Positions 1-13,110 of a stretch of 64,000 nt of DNA are shown here, in pieces. Within the stretch, counting starts at the first letter, position 1; the number at the start of each line of letters is the position of its first letter. The stretch covers positions 26,412,001 to 26,476,000 of the forward strand of contig CDPCPM010000060.1 of NCBI GenBank assembly GCA_976551045.1, read 5' to 3'. The translations under genes were made by a program, and so were the position numbers. The notes beneath the pieces were generated by a model. That model had not been told where the DNA came from. It did no database searches and worked only from the letters and a program-made list of their open reading frames with translations. Source of the DNA: Glaucostegus cemiculus. Its lineage: Eukaryota.

Positions 1-489
1 TCCAGCATCTGTGGTTTTATGGTTTCAAGGACTCTTCAAGGTAAACACCAAAGCTGACAATCAGTATCTCAAGAGTTATTGCTGTAATGACTAATTCTGT
101 ATATCACTGGTATTACTTGGTTTAATTTGGAGAAACTTGTCTCTTTAATTACTCTGAGGAAGGTAATGTTCACAATTAGCTTTCAAAAGTCTTCATTGTA
201 GTAGTTATGCTGCTTTATTATCAGTGCTTTTCAAATCTTAATTTAGAAATAAACACTTCTATTTTCCATACCGGTTATATGTTTGATATTATTGATTTGT
301 GTTTCAAGAATGTCCTGGGCATTGCTGGACAGAGCAACATTCATTAGCAATCCCTAGAAGGTGGAGGTGAGCAGCCTTCTTGAATCACTAGTTGGTGATG
401 ATGTTCCCACTGTGCGGTTGGGAAGGGAGTTCCACGATTTAGATCCACTGACCATCGATTGTATAATTGGACGACAATACCATTCCTCA

Positions 490-945
490 GAAGGCTAAGG
501 AAAGTTGGCATGTCCCCAATGCCTCTCACCAATTTTTAACAGATACACTATAGAAAGCATCCTATCTCGATGCATCACAGCTTGGTATGGCAACTGCTCT
601 GCCCAAGACAGCAAGAAATTGTGAATGCAGCCCAGTCTATCACGTAAACCAGTGGGCAGAAGATACAAAAGCTTGAGAACATGTAGCACCAGGCTCAAGG
701 ACAGCACTGTTATCAGACTCTTGAAACATACCTCTTATATGCTAAGGATGAACACTTGATCTACCTCATTGTGGCCCTTATTTGTCTACCTGCACTTCAC
801 TTTCTCTGTAACTGTAACACACAGTATTCTACATTCTGTTTTCCTTTTTACTACCTCGATGTATTTCTGTATGGAGTGATCTGTCTGGAGAGCAGGCAAG
901 ACAAAAGCTTTTCACTGTATCCCAGTACATGTGGCAATAAAAAGT
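490..945 (+). mobile_element. Degenerate 3' fragment of a Rex1/Babar-like non-LTR retrotransposon
   Basis: Similar to 18780-19200 (AGGCTAAGGAAAGTTGGCATGTCCCC...CAGCTTGGTATGGCAAC); ends with the family tail AAGCTTTTCACTGTA...GTACATGTGGCAATAAA. Confidence 0.75.
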
Positions 946-1009
946 TCCAATTATCATCACTTCGTGGCAGAAGGTGAGTTAGATAGGCCTTGATATTTCT
1001 TGATGCAAC

Positions 1010-1200
1010 CCTTCCCTTGTCACCACTAGGTCAGAATCCTGAATTCCCTGTGAAACAGCACTGGGGGGAGGGGGGGACCTCTACCAGTGGGGAATGGAGT
1101 GGACCATGAAGTGAATCACCATCTCCTTCTCACAGGTCAGTGGGGATGACCAACAAACAGTGGCCATGTCACTATAACTCATAACCCATAAACATGTGCA
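1010..1200 (+). mobile_element. LINE (CR1/L2-type) 3' end fragment
   Basis: Similar to 25240-25485 (GGTC...TCCTGGAACTCCCT...CAGCACTGTGGG...TAGGGATGGG.AATAAATGCTGG). Related pieces at ~310-420 (-) and ~1480-1600. Confidence 0.55.
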
Positions 1201-2059
1201 CAATGTAACTGGTAACTGAAATCTAGGCCAAGCAAGCAGATCTTTCCCACCCAGTGGAGAAGGAAGATTTACAGGCATTGTCAGTGACATTTACCTTATA
1301 CTTCAGCTCATTAGGAAGAATCATTTGGAAGTAAAGAAACTAAATTCCTTGCACTTAACTGAATGCAGTTTGGAACGAAGAATACAATACTCTAGGTCGA
1401 GCAGAAAATCGGTACCTAATAAAATAATAACTCTAAAAGTCAGTCCTCCAAACGTAGCTTTCTAGACTGAGTGTTCCCCAGTTCGTTCTGGGACTCGCAC
1501 TTTTCCAATACTGTGCCAGCAATCTCAACTGGTTCAAGAAGGCAGCCCATAAATACCAGCCCCGCACGGCAGCTGTACCCGACTCCCAGAATGACTGCGT
1601 TTAGTCGTTTCATGATAAGTGTCCCCTCACATTCCCACTTTTGAAAGCTAATAGAACAAAGTGGAACAATTTGCTATTACAAACATGTGTCGTGAAACCC
1701 GTGCAGCAAACTTCACTGAACAGCAATGCCAGTTCTCCCTACTTGGAGTTTAGCGGAGTTGACACCAGAATAGAGCGTCGCCTTTTAAATAAATCTGTCG
1801 TCTGGAGATACATTTCCTGTCTGTTTCATTTTAGAGCGCTGTATTTTATTTAGAACTATTCAGCAGCCAGTGGCTGTGTCGTAGGGTGTGAACTCGAGGT
1901 GTGGAGGTGGAGCGGAGGGGAAGGGGGATCTTTGATCTCAGGGCGGGACCTGATTGGGTACAGGATGTCCTGAATTACGGAATTAACCGCTCATACGGCA
2001 GCTTCATCTGAATAGCGGCTGGTTTATCGCAAGAATGGCCCAGGAATAAATAAGAAACG

Positions 2060-2940
2060 ATTTCTCAGTGGCTTATAGCCTGACATGGCTCAATTAACAA
2101 CTAATGTCAGGATTAATTTGCACTTGGGAATGGAAAAAAAATTATGGGGACTTTTAGTAGTCTCCCAGCGGCCGATTATTGTATCGTTGAACAATTTAAT
2201 GTCAATTGCACCTAGTTGGGTTGGTCGAACAGATTCACAAAAGCTGCATCATTTCAATGTAATCATGACAAAAGTTAATAATTAATCATTGCCCAAATCA
2301 TTTCGCTTCTTTTTTTTAATTGCACACGGATCCCATATTGCTCTACAGATTGTCTTATGTTCATTATTAAGACGCGGCGCGGCCTTCCCCGTTGTTCAAA
2401 CGCATTAATAACTGTTTTGTCGGCCGTTACTCTGACAATTGAAAGCTTTTCCACGCTCGTGTTTCTCTCAGACGTGTATTATTTCAACAGCTGTCTGCTT
2501 CCTTTACATCTTTTTGTTTGCAAAATTTAAAAAAAAAGCAACGAAAGGTAATTTCAGCATCCAGGCACTGGCCAAACCCCTCCAAGTCACAGACCGCACC
2601 GCTGGAAAACAAACGCCTAACGCTACGGTGCCTATTTAGAAAACTCTGAACTAAACTGATGGTAAATAAACACAGGTTGGCGGATTCAAAGCAAAAGATT
2701 GGTGTTGAATTAATTGATAGGCACGACCCGACCTGGAAAGAGTCAATAAACGAAAAGAATAACAGCGCTTCGAGGGAGTCCACTGAGAATGTTTAACAAC
2801 ATGGTGATTGTCACAATTAAACAAGTGATGGTATCTCTGTAACAATAAAGTCCCACCAGTCAGTGACGTTGAGCTCATCACTGTACATGAATGCTATCTG
2901 ATTTAGTTTAATGGGTCTGGATCAAGCGCGTTAATACTAA
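2060..2940. promoter_or_regulatory. Candidate distal conserved non-coding element cluster (~40 kb upstream of P0)
   Basis: Repeat-free, CpG-retaining, dense TAAT/TAATTA, TGTCA and ACAAT/ATTGT motifs. Position fits the known upstream Pax6 CNE clusters, but the specific identity was not recognised. Confidence 0.5.
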
Positions 2941-5900
2941 CTTGGGTTAACAAAGTACATTTTTAAAAAATCGAATGCATTAGACATTCATCATTTGTCA
3001 ACTTATTGAGAGCTATGCATTTAGTTTTATATCAACGCAATTTGCTTTGCAATATGATTATCTGTCTCCAAGTTAATCTGTGGGGTGCTATGCTAAATCC
3101 TCTGACTTTTTAATATGCTAATTAAGATTTATTTACATGTGTGTTGATAAGATGATGGACCGCAAGAGGGCGTCTCGACCATTCCGAGTCAAACAGCGTG
3201 ACAGCCCCCTTCGCCCACCGGAGTGATTGGGTTGAGTTACTGGATTTGCAAAAAAAAACTATAGTTTAAATTGTGCTAATCGTTTGGCCGGGCTTTTAGC
3301 GGGAGGAGTCTGTCCAAAACTCAATGGAGTTCAATGACAGGTGTACTTCAATGAGCATGTCTTTAACTAAACGGGCTTGAAGCACACCAAAGACCTTGAC
3401 CCGCATATTGTTAGAACTACTTGTATGAATTAAAGGCAGGGGGGGAAAAAAGAGTTTGAAGATGCAAATACCAAACTACAACTCTCTTCAGATTCAATTA
3501 GCGTTCAGGCTGCAGCTGTGGAAATGGGCCTGACTGCACTAATAAAGACAGTGTTAAAAGAACTATAAATTGCATGTGGCCGGGTTAAACAATGCTCTCC
3601 TTGGCTTTGAAATCACATAAAACGGGGTGATGTCTTTTACAGGATACCAATTAAATTGTCTTATTATAATCTGCTTGGAGTTGTTATCTATGAACTATAG
3701 CTGGTTGGCAAAAAGAAAATTCTCAGTGTGACAGACAAAATGGTTTCATTTGGTCTTGTTCAACGTCAGGGATGAATTAAGGATTAACTCATTAAGGGTG
3801 TTCATTAGCAAACCGGCGGCTTTTCAGTGGGAAGGTTGTTAAATATGCAAGTGATTTTTTTTTATTTCCAGTTACATTTTTACCAGATATAGCACAGCCT
3901 GCAAGTGCAACTATTTTACATTCTAAAGGCATGCAGGAAAGAGTAAGGTTTTAGCGTGAAAATAATGTGTTCAAAATTTACAGATAAAATCCTGCAAAAC
4001 AAAACATACGGGTTCAATAACTAATGCCTGCGTTAGGATGTTTTAAAATATGATCCAAATTATCCGAATTTCTGAACCGGGGCAGAGTATAATTGCCTTA
4101 TAGGCTGTGATGTACCCCAGAAGCTCTGAACTTTTAACTGCATGTGAGTGCTTATTGCTGTTAAAAAGTTACAGGAAAAGTTAATCCGGTCTACTAGGTA
4201 TATCATCCGCTTTCTGGTCCTGTTTGTCTATCGGCATCAACACAGTTTAAACTTTCAGTAACTGGCAACTTGTATTTATATTAAGGGTCGACGAGGAACG
4301 AAGTAAAAAATGTTGTGGGATATTCCAATTCTATCTTTAAGTGAACGCTGCAACTTATTTTGCTCTAGGCCTGTCCTATACAAGAAGAAATGTCCTCTGC
4401 CTCTCTGCTTCTGTCTTCCTACTCAAGCAAAGCTGTTGTATGTAAACCCACATTCACTGCTTGACAATGGGGCTGTTTTTTTTTATCCACAAGCTATTTA
4501 TTTTCCAATCAGAGGTATTGACTGTGGAGTTCTTTAGTATACTGGTAGCTTTGGGAGAGCTTTGAAGAATCACAAGTGGAGCTTTTTGTCTGGACGAGAT
4601 TTCTTAGCAGCGAAATCCTTTATCCGTGCGTTTTATTGGCTTTTCTTTACATATGTATAGTGAGAAGGGGGGAAAAAACTGTTGTTAGTCAAGCATGGAG
4701 TCTATTTCCTTGTGGCTTTCAGAGAAAGAGAAAAAAATAGTGCGGCTGCATCCCGTTGTATAGCGTCTCACCAGCAAAACGTGGCAAGGTTTAGAAATAC
4801 TTCAGATCCTGGAACAACTCGGTAACAAATTCGCCAGTCAGATCGTTGCTTGACAAGTGTCTTCATAAGGAGAGGCGTGAAAATAAATCTAAACCCTTTT
4901 CTGTTTGGGGGGGAAGGGGGGGTATGGATTCGGGATTTCTCTCCACCTCAACCTTTAAAGTTCACGTTGTAATAAAAAGGGGGGGGGGGCGGGGGGGATC
5001 TGGTTGCAATGGCGAATGAAAAGAGGAGGCGAGTGTCCTCCCGGTTGGTAAACCGGACAGATGTTTAGGAGTCCTAGCATGTTCTGTTGTATGTGTGAGA
5101 GAATGGGAGCATTGTTTGCATCGATTTACATCGGGCAGAATGGCCCTCTTTTTACCAATGGAGTATCATCCCATCTTTAAATGTTGATTTATTGAGCGAA
5201 AGTTGAATGAAAACGTAATTAGTATTACCGAAGCATTCGAGTCTATTTAATTTAAATGCCACTGAATATTTCACTCTCGGTTGCAAGTCACAATGTGTTT
5301 AGGATTGTCGGGGACTGACTTTGCCATCTGTTACCTACACTAGGAACAGAAGACATGAGAGAGCGGGGATGTGGCTTGTAGCCTAACATTTGCGTGACTG
5401 CGTCAATCCCTCACCCCGCAAGGAGCATTCTTTCGCCCTAAGATTGTGCCGGGGAATGGGCTGTATATTGTAACAACGGCAGAAACTTTGGTGGCATTTA
5501 TTGTGGGGAAGAGAGGGTGAGAAGTTAAGCAGGGGAAGGACTGGTCTCCAGGATGTAATCAATATTAAAAAGTGGTGCAGTTTCCTTAAAACTGTAGTAA
5601 TCCATTGCACTGTGGTTTAACATACTCCGTAACCGTGTAAACAAATAGTCTCCGCATTCCCAACGCACAGTATGCAAGACTACACGTCTGAACGGCAATA
5701 TATAAAGTCAGGCACGGTGCAGAGAGTTAGTTTAACGTTTGCTAATAACGTTTACTCAGATCAACATGTTACCAATCCCAGAATCACTGTATGTTGGTCT
5801 CATGCGGGATTGGGGGGGGTGGGGGGTGGAATTAATAATGATCTGTCATTCCAACGAGGTGTACAATTTCAGCACTGTCAGAGGGTGAAAAGAATGAATG

Positions 5901-8900
5901 TTCAGGAGGACCGGAGGTGAAAGTAATACGTCCTGATGCTAATCAGCAACAGCGCGTTCCCTGATATTTGGGATCCTTTGATTTCCCCTTTGCTTCCCTT
6001 CCCCCCTTCACCCTAACTCCAGAACCCCCTTCCCACCCACCCCCCGCCCATAGCATTAACCTGATGCTAGGCTTTGCGAAGCACACCTTTTCACGGCAGT
6101 GAGCGAAAGCACGCAAATTCGTCCCCCACACCCACACCCCCATTAATGTTGTATTTTTGAACAAGCGCAGTACAATATAAATATATAACATTTTTTCAGG
6201 TACGTCAGTTTTTTTGAAGAGCGGTGTGACTGTCGATCACAGCGCTTCATGTTGGTTAGAATTTAATTAGACAGTCTTTAAGGAGACAATATAAGGATCC
6301 TGCCTTTAGCAACAGCAACAACTTTCAGATTTACCCTAATATAATTCAAAACTCACATCCTTTCGATTTTAGTTTTAAAAAAATCATTTAATTTCCTTGT
6401 AAATTTTTCCAACCCTTCGCGAAGAGAACAGACATCTTTGTGAAGTAGATACATTGTCGATAACTTAGGGCTTTTTTTTTGAGCCCAGATATCACAGTGT
6501 TTTCGGAGCTTATAAAATACATATTTCATACTAAACGGGCGACGGAGAACCATAATATGGCAACTGCGTAATTTGGCAAGCCCCAATTCGGGTTAGTTTC
6601 GCAGCTACTTCAAACAATAATCTGCGTTCGTATCCCTTTCGCTACTTAAACTAAGGCTGGTGTAATAATACGTGGACAGTATTGTAAACTCATCACCGCA
6701 ATTAATGGCTGGAATAACGCAAATCCCCATGAACCGCAACCACTGTAAGGTCGTCCTAATTCAGTGCTAAATTAACATCCATGGTATTTATAATGGTTAA
6801 ATAGTGACAGTTTCTTTGGTACAGCAACAGTTTAAATCTCAGAACCATAACTTTCCACTTGTTATTTACTGAAAAGTGGCAGAATTTAAATAAATGTCAT
6901 GGAACACGGGCAGTGTGTGTTAAAATTGTGTTGGTGATGAGTGAAGTCTGTTAAGTAAACTTGACGTGCATCAGCAAGCAAGGTCTCAATGTTCTCTGCA
7001 GAACTTCAATATTCTTTGTAATTGTACCCAAATCAGCGCAAATAAAAAGACCACTAACGTATTCTGTTAGGCAATCAAAATAGGTTTTTGTCGCTATTTC
7101 TGGTGCCCCTACTGCTTATTTCAACTCCAAAGCAAAGAATGGTATTTGCTCCTTTTGAGGGTGATGTGACACATAATAGGGTCATTTTTCCTGTAAAGTG
7201 AGCCAATAACAGATGGCTCGTCATTTTGATGTTTGTTTTTAGTTCTTCCAGTTTGTATTTGAGAGAATTTAGCAGTCACCGTGATTGACGACGGGAAATG
7301 GCAGATTAATTTTGATAATCGTCAAGAAGGGTTCCTGACGGCTACACCACACAAAGTGTGATTTTGAACTACCTTGAAGCTTTGTAATGGGTAGTGTTTT
7401 CAATGTGCCGATCACGGAAGAAAGTGAAATGTGATACATAATGTAGTCTGTGTGAGTAAAAGAAAATCTCAAACTGCATTTCTCTTTCTCCAGTTCAGAC
7501 TGGAGAGCATCCAATGAGTTTTAACTGTAAATAAATGCAGTGCCGGGCATAAAACGCCCAGAGAAGAAAAGAAATCACCGGATTAATCCTTCACTTTGTC
7601 CTACGCTTAGAAATGTCTATAGCATATATATATATGAAATATAAAGTCTCAGTATTAATAAACAAACCCCTCCTCCCTTTCCATTAACTGCTAGTTCTGG
7701 GACATTAATACTTCCCAATTTTTGCTTGCAGTATTACGATGCAATGCTGGGGTTAACCTAAGGACTTACTGAAAATTCAATGAAATTTTTCGCTAATGGA
7801 CACTCACCTAAGTCAAAATGTTAACACTAGATACTTAATCAACTTGAAATTTGACAGGCGTTTTCATCTTTCTAGTCAGACAGAACCGTGTTTCTTTCAT
7901 TTTGACTACTAACAATAATTCGATCTGCACATATGATTTGTGGTCTAACTGCCCAATATAAACGTTTCGAAACGAAATCGAGTGGCTTCACATAACAAAT
8001 CCATCCATCGTTTTAAATTTGATTATAATACGTGAAATTAAAAAGTCGACCTTTATATAGCCATAAAATATCAGGATTATAAGTCTCAAATTCCCCACAT
8101 CGGGAAAAGTAAAAGGGTGGAAACTGGATTAAAGTTTCAGTCTGCGCTTTCTTCAAATAGAAGAGAATGCACGGACTGCTGGGTGGCTCAGATTAGTTTT
8201 GTGCTTCCGAGACAGGATTGTTTTAGATGTTAAATTGTATTTCAACGCAGCACCTCTGCAGTATGACAATCAAACTGAAATTCTATTCCCTGTTAGATCG
8301 TGCACTGTTGTGTCAACTTGAATCTCGAACAAAACAACCCACTGGAAGAAAACCATCTTATTACCTCCATTACTTCCCAGAGAAACGAACATGCAATAAA
8401 ACGAATGTCCATACTATTGGAGCACTTCAGATATCTCTGGGCCTGCTATTGTTATTTTTTATGTGATGGCCACGGCAATTTCAACATGGATTGACATTAA
8501 ACGCGAGAAACGAACTATTGTCTTGCAACATTGCCTCCTAACAATTGCGGGATGGAATAAACGTGGAAGCAAGGTGCATCGCCGTGGGTGGCTAAAATTG
8601 CTCAGCTTTCACTTTCCAGGGGAGGCCCAGTGCTTTTATCTCTCCACGCTCTGTGAAATACTTGAAAATCATTTCGGTGCACTAGGTCTGATCAGATGCT
8701 TTGCAAATAACTGCGGTGCAATGCTGGCAAACGCCATAGACAGTGTATATATCGCATTGCTGTGTGCAACACATTTAGATTACCTTCTATGAATGTTGCA
8801 TGTAACAATACAAGTACAAATCAACAGAGAATCCGTAATTAACTAAAACCGTTTGCTTAGGGTGTAACTGACAATATCTGTTACTCCTTCTGTTGTGGGG

Positions 8901-9468
8901 ATAATTTGGGTGAACTAATAACCTGGATTTCAGACGTGTTTGTATCGGAATGGGGATACATGTCTTGGCATCGGTTTTCCGATTGGGTAATTGGGTACAC
9001 TGACTCACTTTCGTTATGATCTTTTTGCGCCCCCTTTTTTCCCCCTCTCTTGTTTTATTCGGATAGCCTTTGTTTCTCTCTTCCCAACAGATACCGTCTA
9101 CATCTGTTGGTTGGGTAATGTAATTTGCAATTATTGCTCTTCGCGTAGTCTAGTGCCAAACTGGCCAGGCTTGGCAAGTGATTCCCTCGCGTTGTTCAAT
9201 CAAGGGCTTTTCAAAATGTTCCTCCTTCAAGAGAGAGAGAGAGAAAAAATAGAAAAAGAAAGCGTCGACCAACTGTATCAAAAATTTACAAGTGTTATTT
9301 GAAAGGGTTAGAAAGACATTTTAAGGTTAGCGAGAGGGAGTGGCATAGTGGGATTAATGTGATGCCTTTAACAAGAATGCTGGCACTTCCTTCTGTTAGA
9401 AATGATTATATGATTTAATATCATGAGTACTTGGAGATTACATCGACATGCTGCTCCGTAGCACAGAA

Positions 9469-9469
<1 letters not shown>

Positions 9470-9546
<77 letters not shown>
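9470..9546. repeat. Perfect (TA)n microsatellite, about 38 units
   Basis: Directly visible. Confidence 0.98.
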
Positions 9547-9549
<3 letters not shown>

Positions 9550-10499
9550 CAACGGGAAAGCACAATGTGCTGCTTCAGAGGTACAAAGGAAAGGGATTTG
9601 CTTTTCCAATTCCTCGCTTCTATAGGATGACCAGGAGTTGGTCATGTGGTTGACTGTCATATTTCTGGCCTCAGTATTCCTGTTCAAGTTATGCCATCAA
9701 GCTAATATATTTTGACTGCCCTTCTCTCTTGTGACAAAGCCTCGCAGCTGCCTCCGAATCAATATATGTCAAAGAAATATGAAAACAATCATGACAGAAG
9801 ACTTAAAGTCTCCGTACACTGTGCATAATGAAATGTCCCCTATATTCTCAAGGTACTTGGGCACACTGACTCATTTACAGTCAACTTTCCTTCCTGCTTG
9901 ATTTTTTTTATTCGGATACCTTTATCAGCAGATACTGGCTACATCTGTTAGTTTTGTAATGTAATTTGCAATTATTGCCCTTCATGTGGTATAGTGCCTT
10001 AAATTGTCTTTAATTAAAAGCATAATTAAGGGAAGGTCTTAAGCAAGTCAATTACTGGATGGCGTTTTAAGACAAACAAGAGCGAGTTTAAGATTTCATT
10101 AGTCGACATCTTATTTTTAATTTAATACACCAGTCCCTATTACGTCAGGGCGAGGTCAAGATCTAATTTTCCCACAGCATTTTTATATAATGTCGAATGA
10201 ATTGCCACATCTAAAAACATTTATGTCAACTGCCCAGTGTTTTATGCGACCCATTACTGCTGAACAATACTTAGGATGAATAATGTAATAAGTTCAACCT
10301 TCTAAATTTGTTGCGGCAGAATATTTTTGAAAAATGTTATGATTGAGAGAGAAGCAATTCAACGGTATAATCTAAATTTAAATTATATACAGCTACGGAT
10401 TTCTGCGATTGCTGTCGCTCTGTTTACGTCCCCTCACTTTTAAAAATGCGAGAAGTAATCATTTCAATTATCTTCACGATATTTACGTTATGATTGTTG

Positions 10500-10900
10500 T
10501 CATACAGTTGTAAAAGCATAAAATGTAAATTGCATCTTCTTCCTGGATTCTCTTTCCGGACGGTTTGTCGCTGTTATTGGCCCGATTTACTTCGTGTTAT
10601 TTCCCTTTCTTGAATTATTTCAAATATTCCGTCAATTATTTATATAAAAAATCCCTTTTGTGCTGATAAACCTCTGTTGTTAAGTCAGGCATGGCGCATT
10701 CTTGCTTTCTGCGGCCGCCCTTATTGCACGGTATCTATTATCCAGTCAATGAAATGTTCACTCCCCGTATTATCTAATTCCATTTGTTTGTTTCTGTGAC
10801 ATAATGCTTTATTAGTTATTATTGACTATCAGAGACATTCAAATATCATTTTTTAAATGAAAATAATGCATTTCCGAAAAGTCATGCCTCATAATGTAAC
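10500..10900. promoter_or_regulatory. Candidate conserved non-coding element
   Basis: Repeat-free, motif-dense (GATA, TGTTTGTTT forkhead-like, TGTGACA, TAAT) stretch in the CpG-retaining block. Inference only. Confidence 0.4.
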
Positions 10901-12479
10901 AAGTTTTGGGGGATATATTGCAAATACGTACAGCAGTCGCTTGCTGTTTTTAGACCTTTCGACCTTCAGTGAAGGGCTTGGGCTTTTTTTTTTGAAAATT
11001 AATTATGTCGATACACAGCCGTGTTTAAGATCTCAATCTCTTCAGTTCATTTTTTTTAATGTAATGCTTATACCATCCGTACTCACCTGGGACAGTGCGG
11101 CTTCACGCGAAGTTGTCGAACCCCAATCCATGCTTAAAAGAACAGCAATACTTTCTAATTCCCTCTGGAGAGAGAGAGAGAGAGGGGGGGGGGAACAATA
11201 CAGAACAAATGTAGAATTGTGGCTTGGATCCAGGCGCACAAGGAGCCATTTTAATTCAGACATTTGTGGAAAAAATGAATAGAAACACTCTTTAGATATT
11301 ATATTCGTGAACTATCGAGACATTAGAGCATTTCACACCTTCAGTGATTCCATTATTTGTGATTGTCATTAACGATTAGCCGTTAAACATTGAGCTGAGA
11401 GAGAATATGAAGAGATTTGGGGGGGTGGAATCCTTTGTATAATGTTAATTCAGCATGCATGCTTTTGTTGTACTTTGCATTATACAAACCTATTTTGTGG
11501 AAAAATATGTGTAATTTTTGTTTTGAGGGGGCATCATTTCATTTGCTTCGATACACAGCAAGCTCCTTTCGTTTCTAAAGCAGGCAGTTGGACAAGTGCG
11601 CCATTTCCTAGTGCCTAGCACCTGGAGTCTTGTAACATTAGCATTGATATAGATTTAGTTGAAATGTAATCTCTTAAATCTATCCCAAGTTACACAGAGA
11701 TAATTACACTTTCGCTGAATTGCCATGGGTCAGTGTCTCTGTAGACTCTAAGGAGTTGATTTAGTGACAATAGTGTATACATGAAAAACAGTGTTTGAGA
11801 TTATAATGTTAATAGATGTACTCACTGGGGAGTGCAGGCGGGCTAAAACTAATTCGGTGCACCGTAACTTGGCTGTCTCACCACAGCGCTCGAAATTACT
11901 TATGAAGCTTAATTTGAAGGTGGGAAGGTCCCGTTGTAATTAAAGACAAGACGGAGAATTAACATCACTGGGGTACTGGGATGCTAGTGAGGTTTTTAAT
12001 ATTGTTTTACAGAATCGTGCGTTAGCCCATGCCCGCGGAGGGGTGAAAGAAAGGGTATGCAATTGAGGAAAAGACTGCTTGAATATGGTTCGGGTCAATG
12101 GGGTTCCTCGTAATTTACGGAATGTGACATTCTATTCGAATATTTAATATATGTGAACTAAAAGCTGTTATATAAAATAATTCAGAATCCCAGGGGTTTG
12201 CTAAAAGCTGTAACCCCTCCTGATAAACAGTCCGATGGATATAGACACAAAGAAGTAAAAGCCAGAACCAAGTGAGATACCAGGAAGACCATCTGCAGAA
12301 ACTGTATGATCCCACAAGTTCTTTCAGGGAGGCAGAGCAGGTGAAATTTATGTCAATCAAGACGCTGTCCGGTTGTGTGAAAGAGATAGGAAGGGGGTGA
12401 GAGGGGAGGGGTCCATATTATGGAAGGATGAGGCCATTGAGTTCATCCATCAATTTTTTTGGTACTAAGTCTGCATTCT

Positions 12480-12740
12480 ATCTTCTGATCGCGTCCTTAA
12501 AACCAATTATTGGCGATCATGCCTCCAGCTCTGGAATATCCTTCTTAAACCTCTCCTCCTCCATCCCTCTCTCTCTCCTTCATTCAAGATGTTCCTTAAA
12601 ACCTGCAGGTTCTGGGTTATTGGTCTCAATATCACTAATTCGTTGTCCAATTTTGTTTATCTGAGAATGCTTTGATTAAGCAATTTTAGATGATTTATCA
12701 TAATAAAGAAGCTATATAAATGAAATGTATTGTTCTTGTC
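12480..12740 (+). mobile_element. Old L2-type LINE 3' end
   Basis: CTCTGGAAT..CCTTCTTAAACCTCTC...TTCAAGA....CTTAAAACC...GCTATATAAATG pattern. Reverse-strand relatives at ~16260-16630, ~19402-19920 and ~23840-24220. Confidence 0.5.
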
Positions 12741-12979
12741 CCCATTCTGATCTTTGTGTCTCCAACGATGAAATACAGTCTACACTGTAAATCACCAATA
12801 GATAACTCTATTTTATTCCTTTTCCTGTCAGATATTCTCAGGAGAATAGCAAATACTGTAGTGAAACATTGCAAAATCCTATGTCCTAAAATAACAACTG
12901 GAATTTGCCACCATAGAAGAGTTTGTGGAAATTCATTACTCAAGAAGGATGCCGTGTATTGCCATAAAAATGAAAGAAG

Positions 12980-13110
12980 AATGATGCAGATGCTGGATGT
13001 CTGAAATGAAACAGAAAATGCAGCAAATAGTCAGCAGGCCAGGCAGCATTTGTGGAGGGAGAAAGCAGAGTTAACGTTTCAGATCTGAGACCCTTCATCA
13101 GAACTGGGTG
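12980..13110 (-). mobile_element. Penelope-derived terminal repeat fragment
   Basis: Motif TGCAGATGCTGG...TCAGCAGG.CAGGCAGCAT.TGTGGA...CAGAGTTAACGTTTC, shared with the end of the GIY-YIG-bearing element at 13490-14170. Confidence 0.7.
13069..13105 (-). ncRNA. Minimal type I hammerhead ribozyme motif
   Basis: Minus strand reads AGUU-CUGAUGA-A-GGGUC-UCA-GAUCU-GAAA-C-GUU-AACU: intact catalytic core, stem I AGUU/AACU, stem II with G-U pairs, palindromic AACGUU stem III. Confidence 0.7.

Noticed and set aside
9368-9630. IY-repeat ORFs
   Set aside because: Translations of the (TA)n microsatellite.
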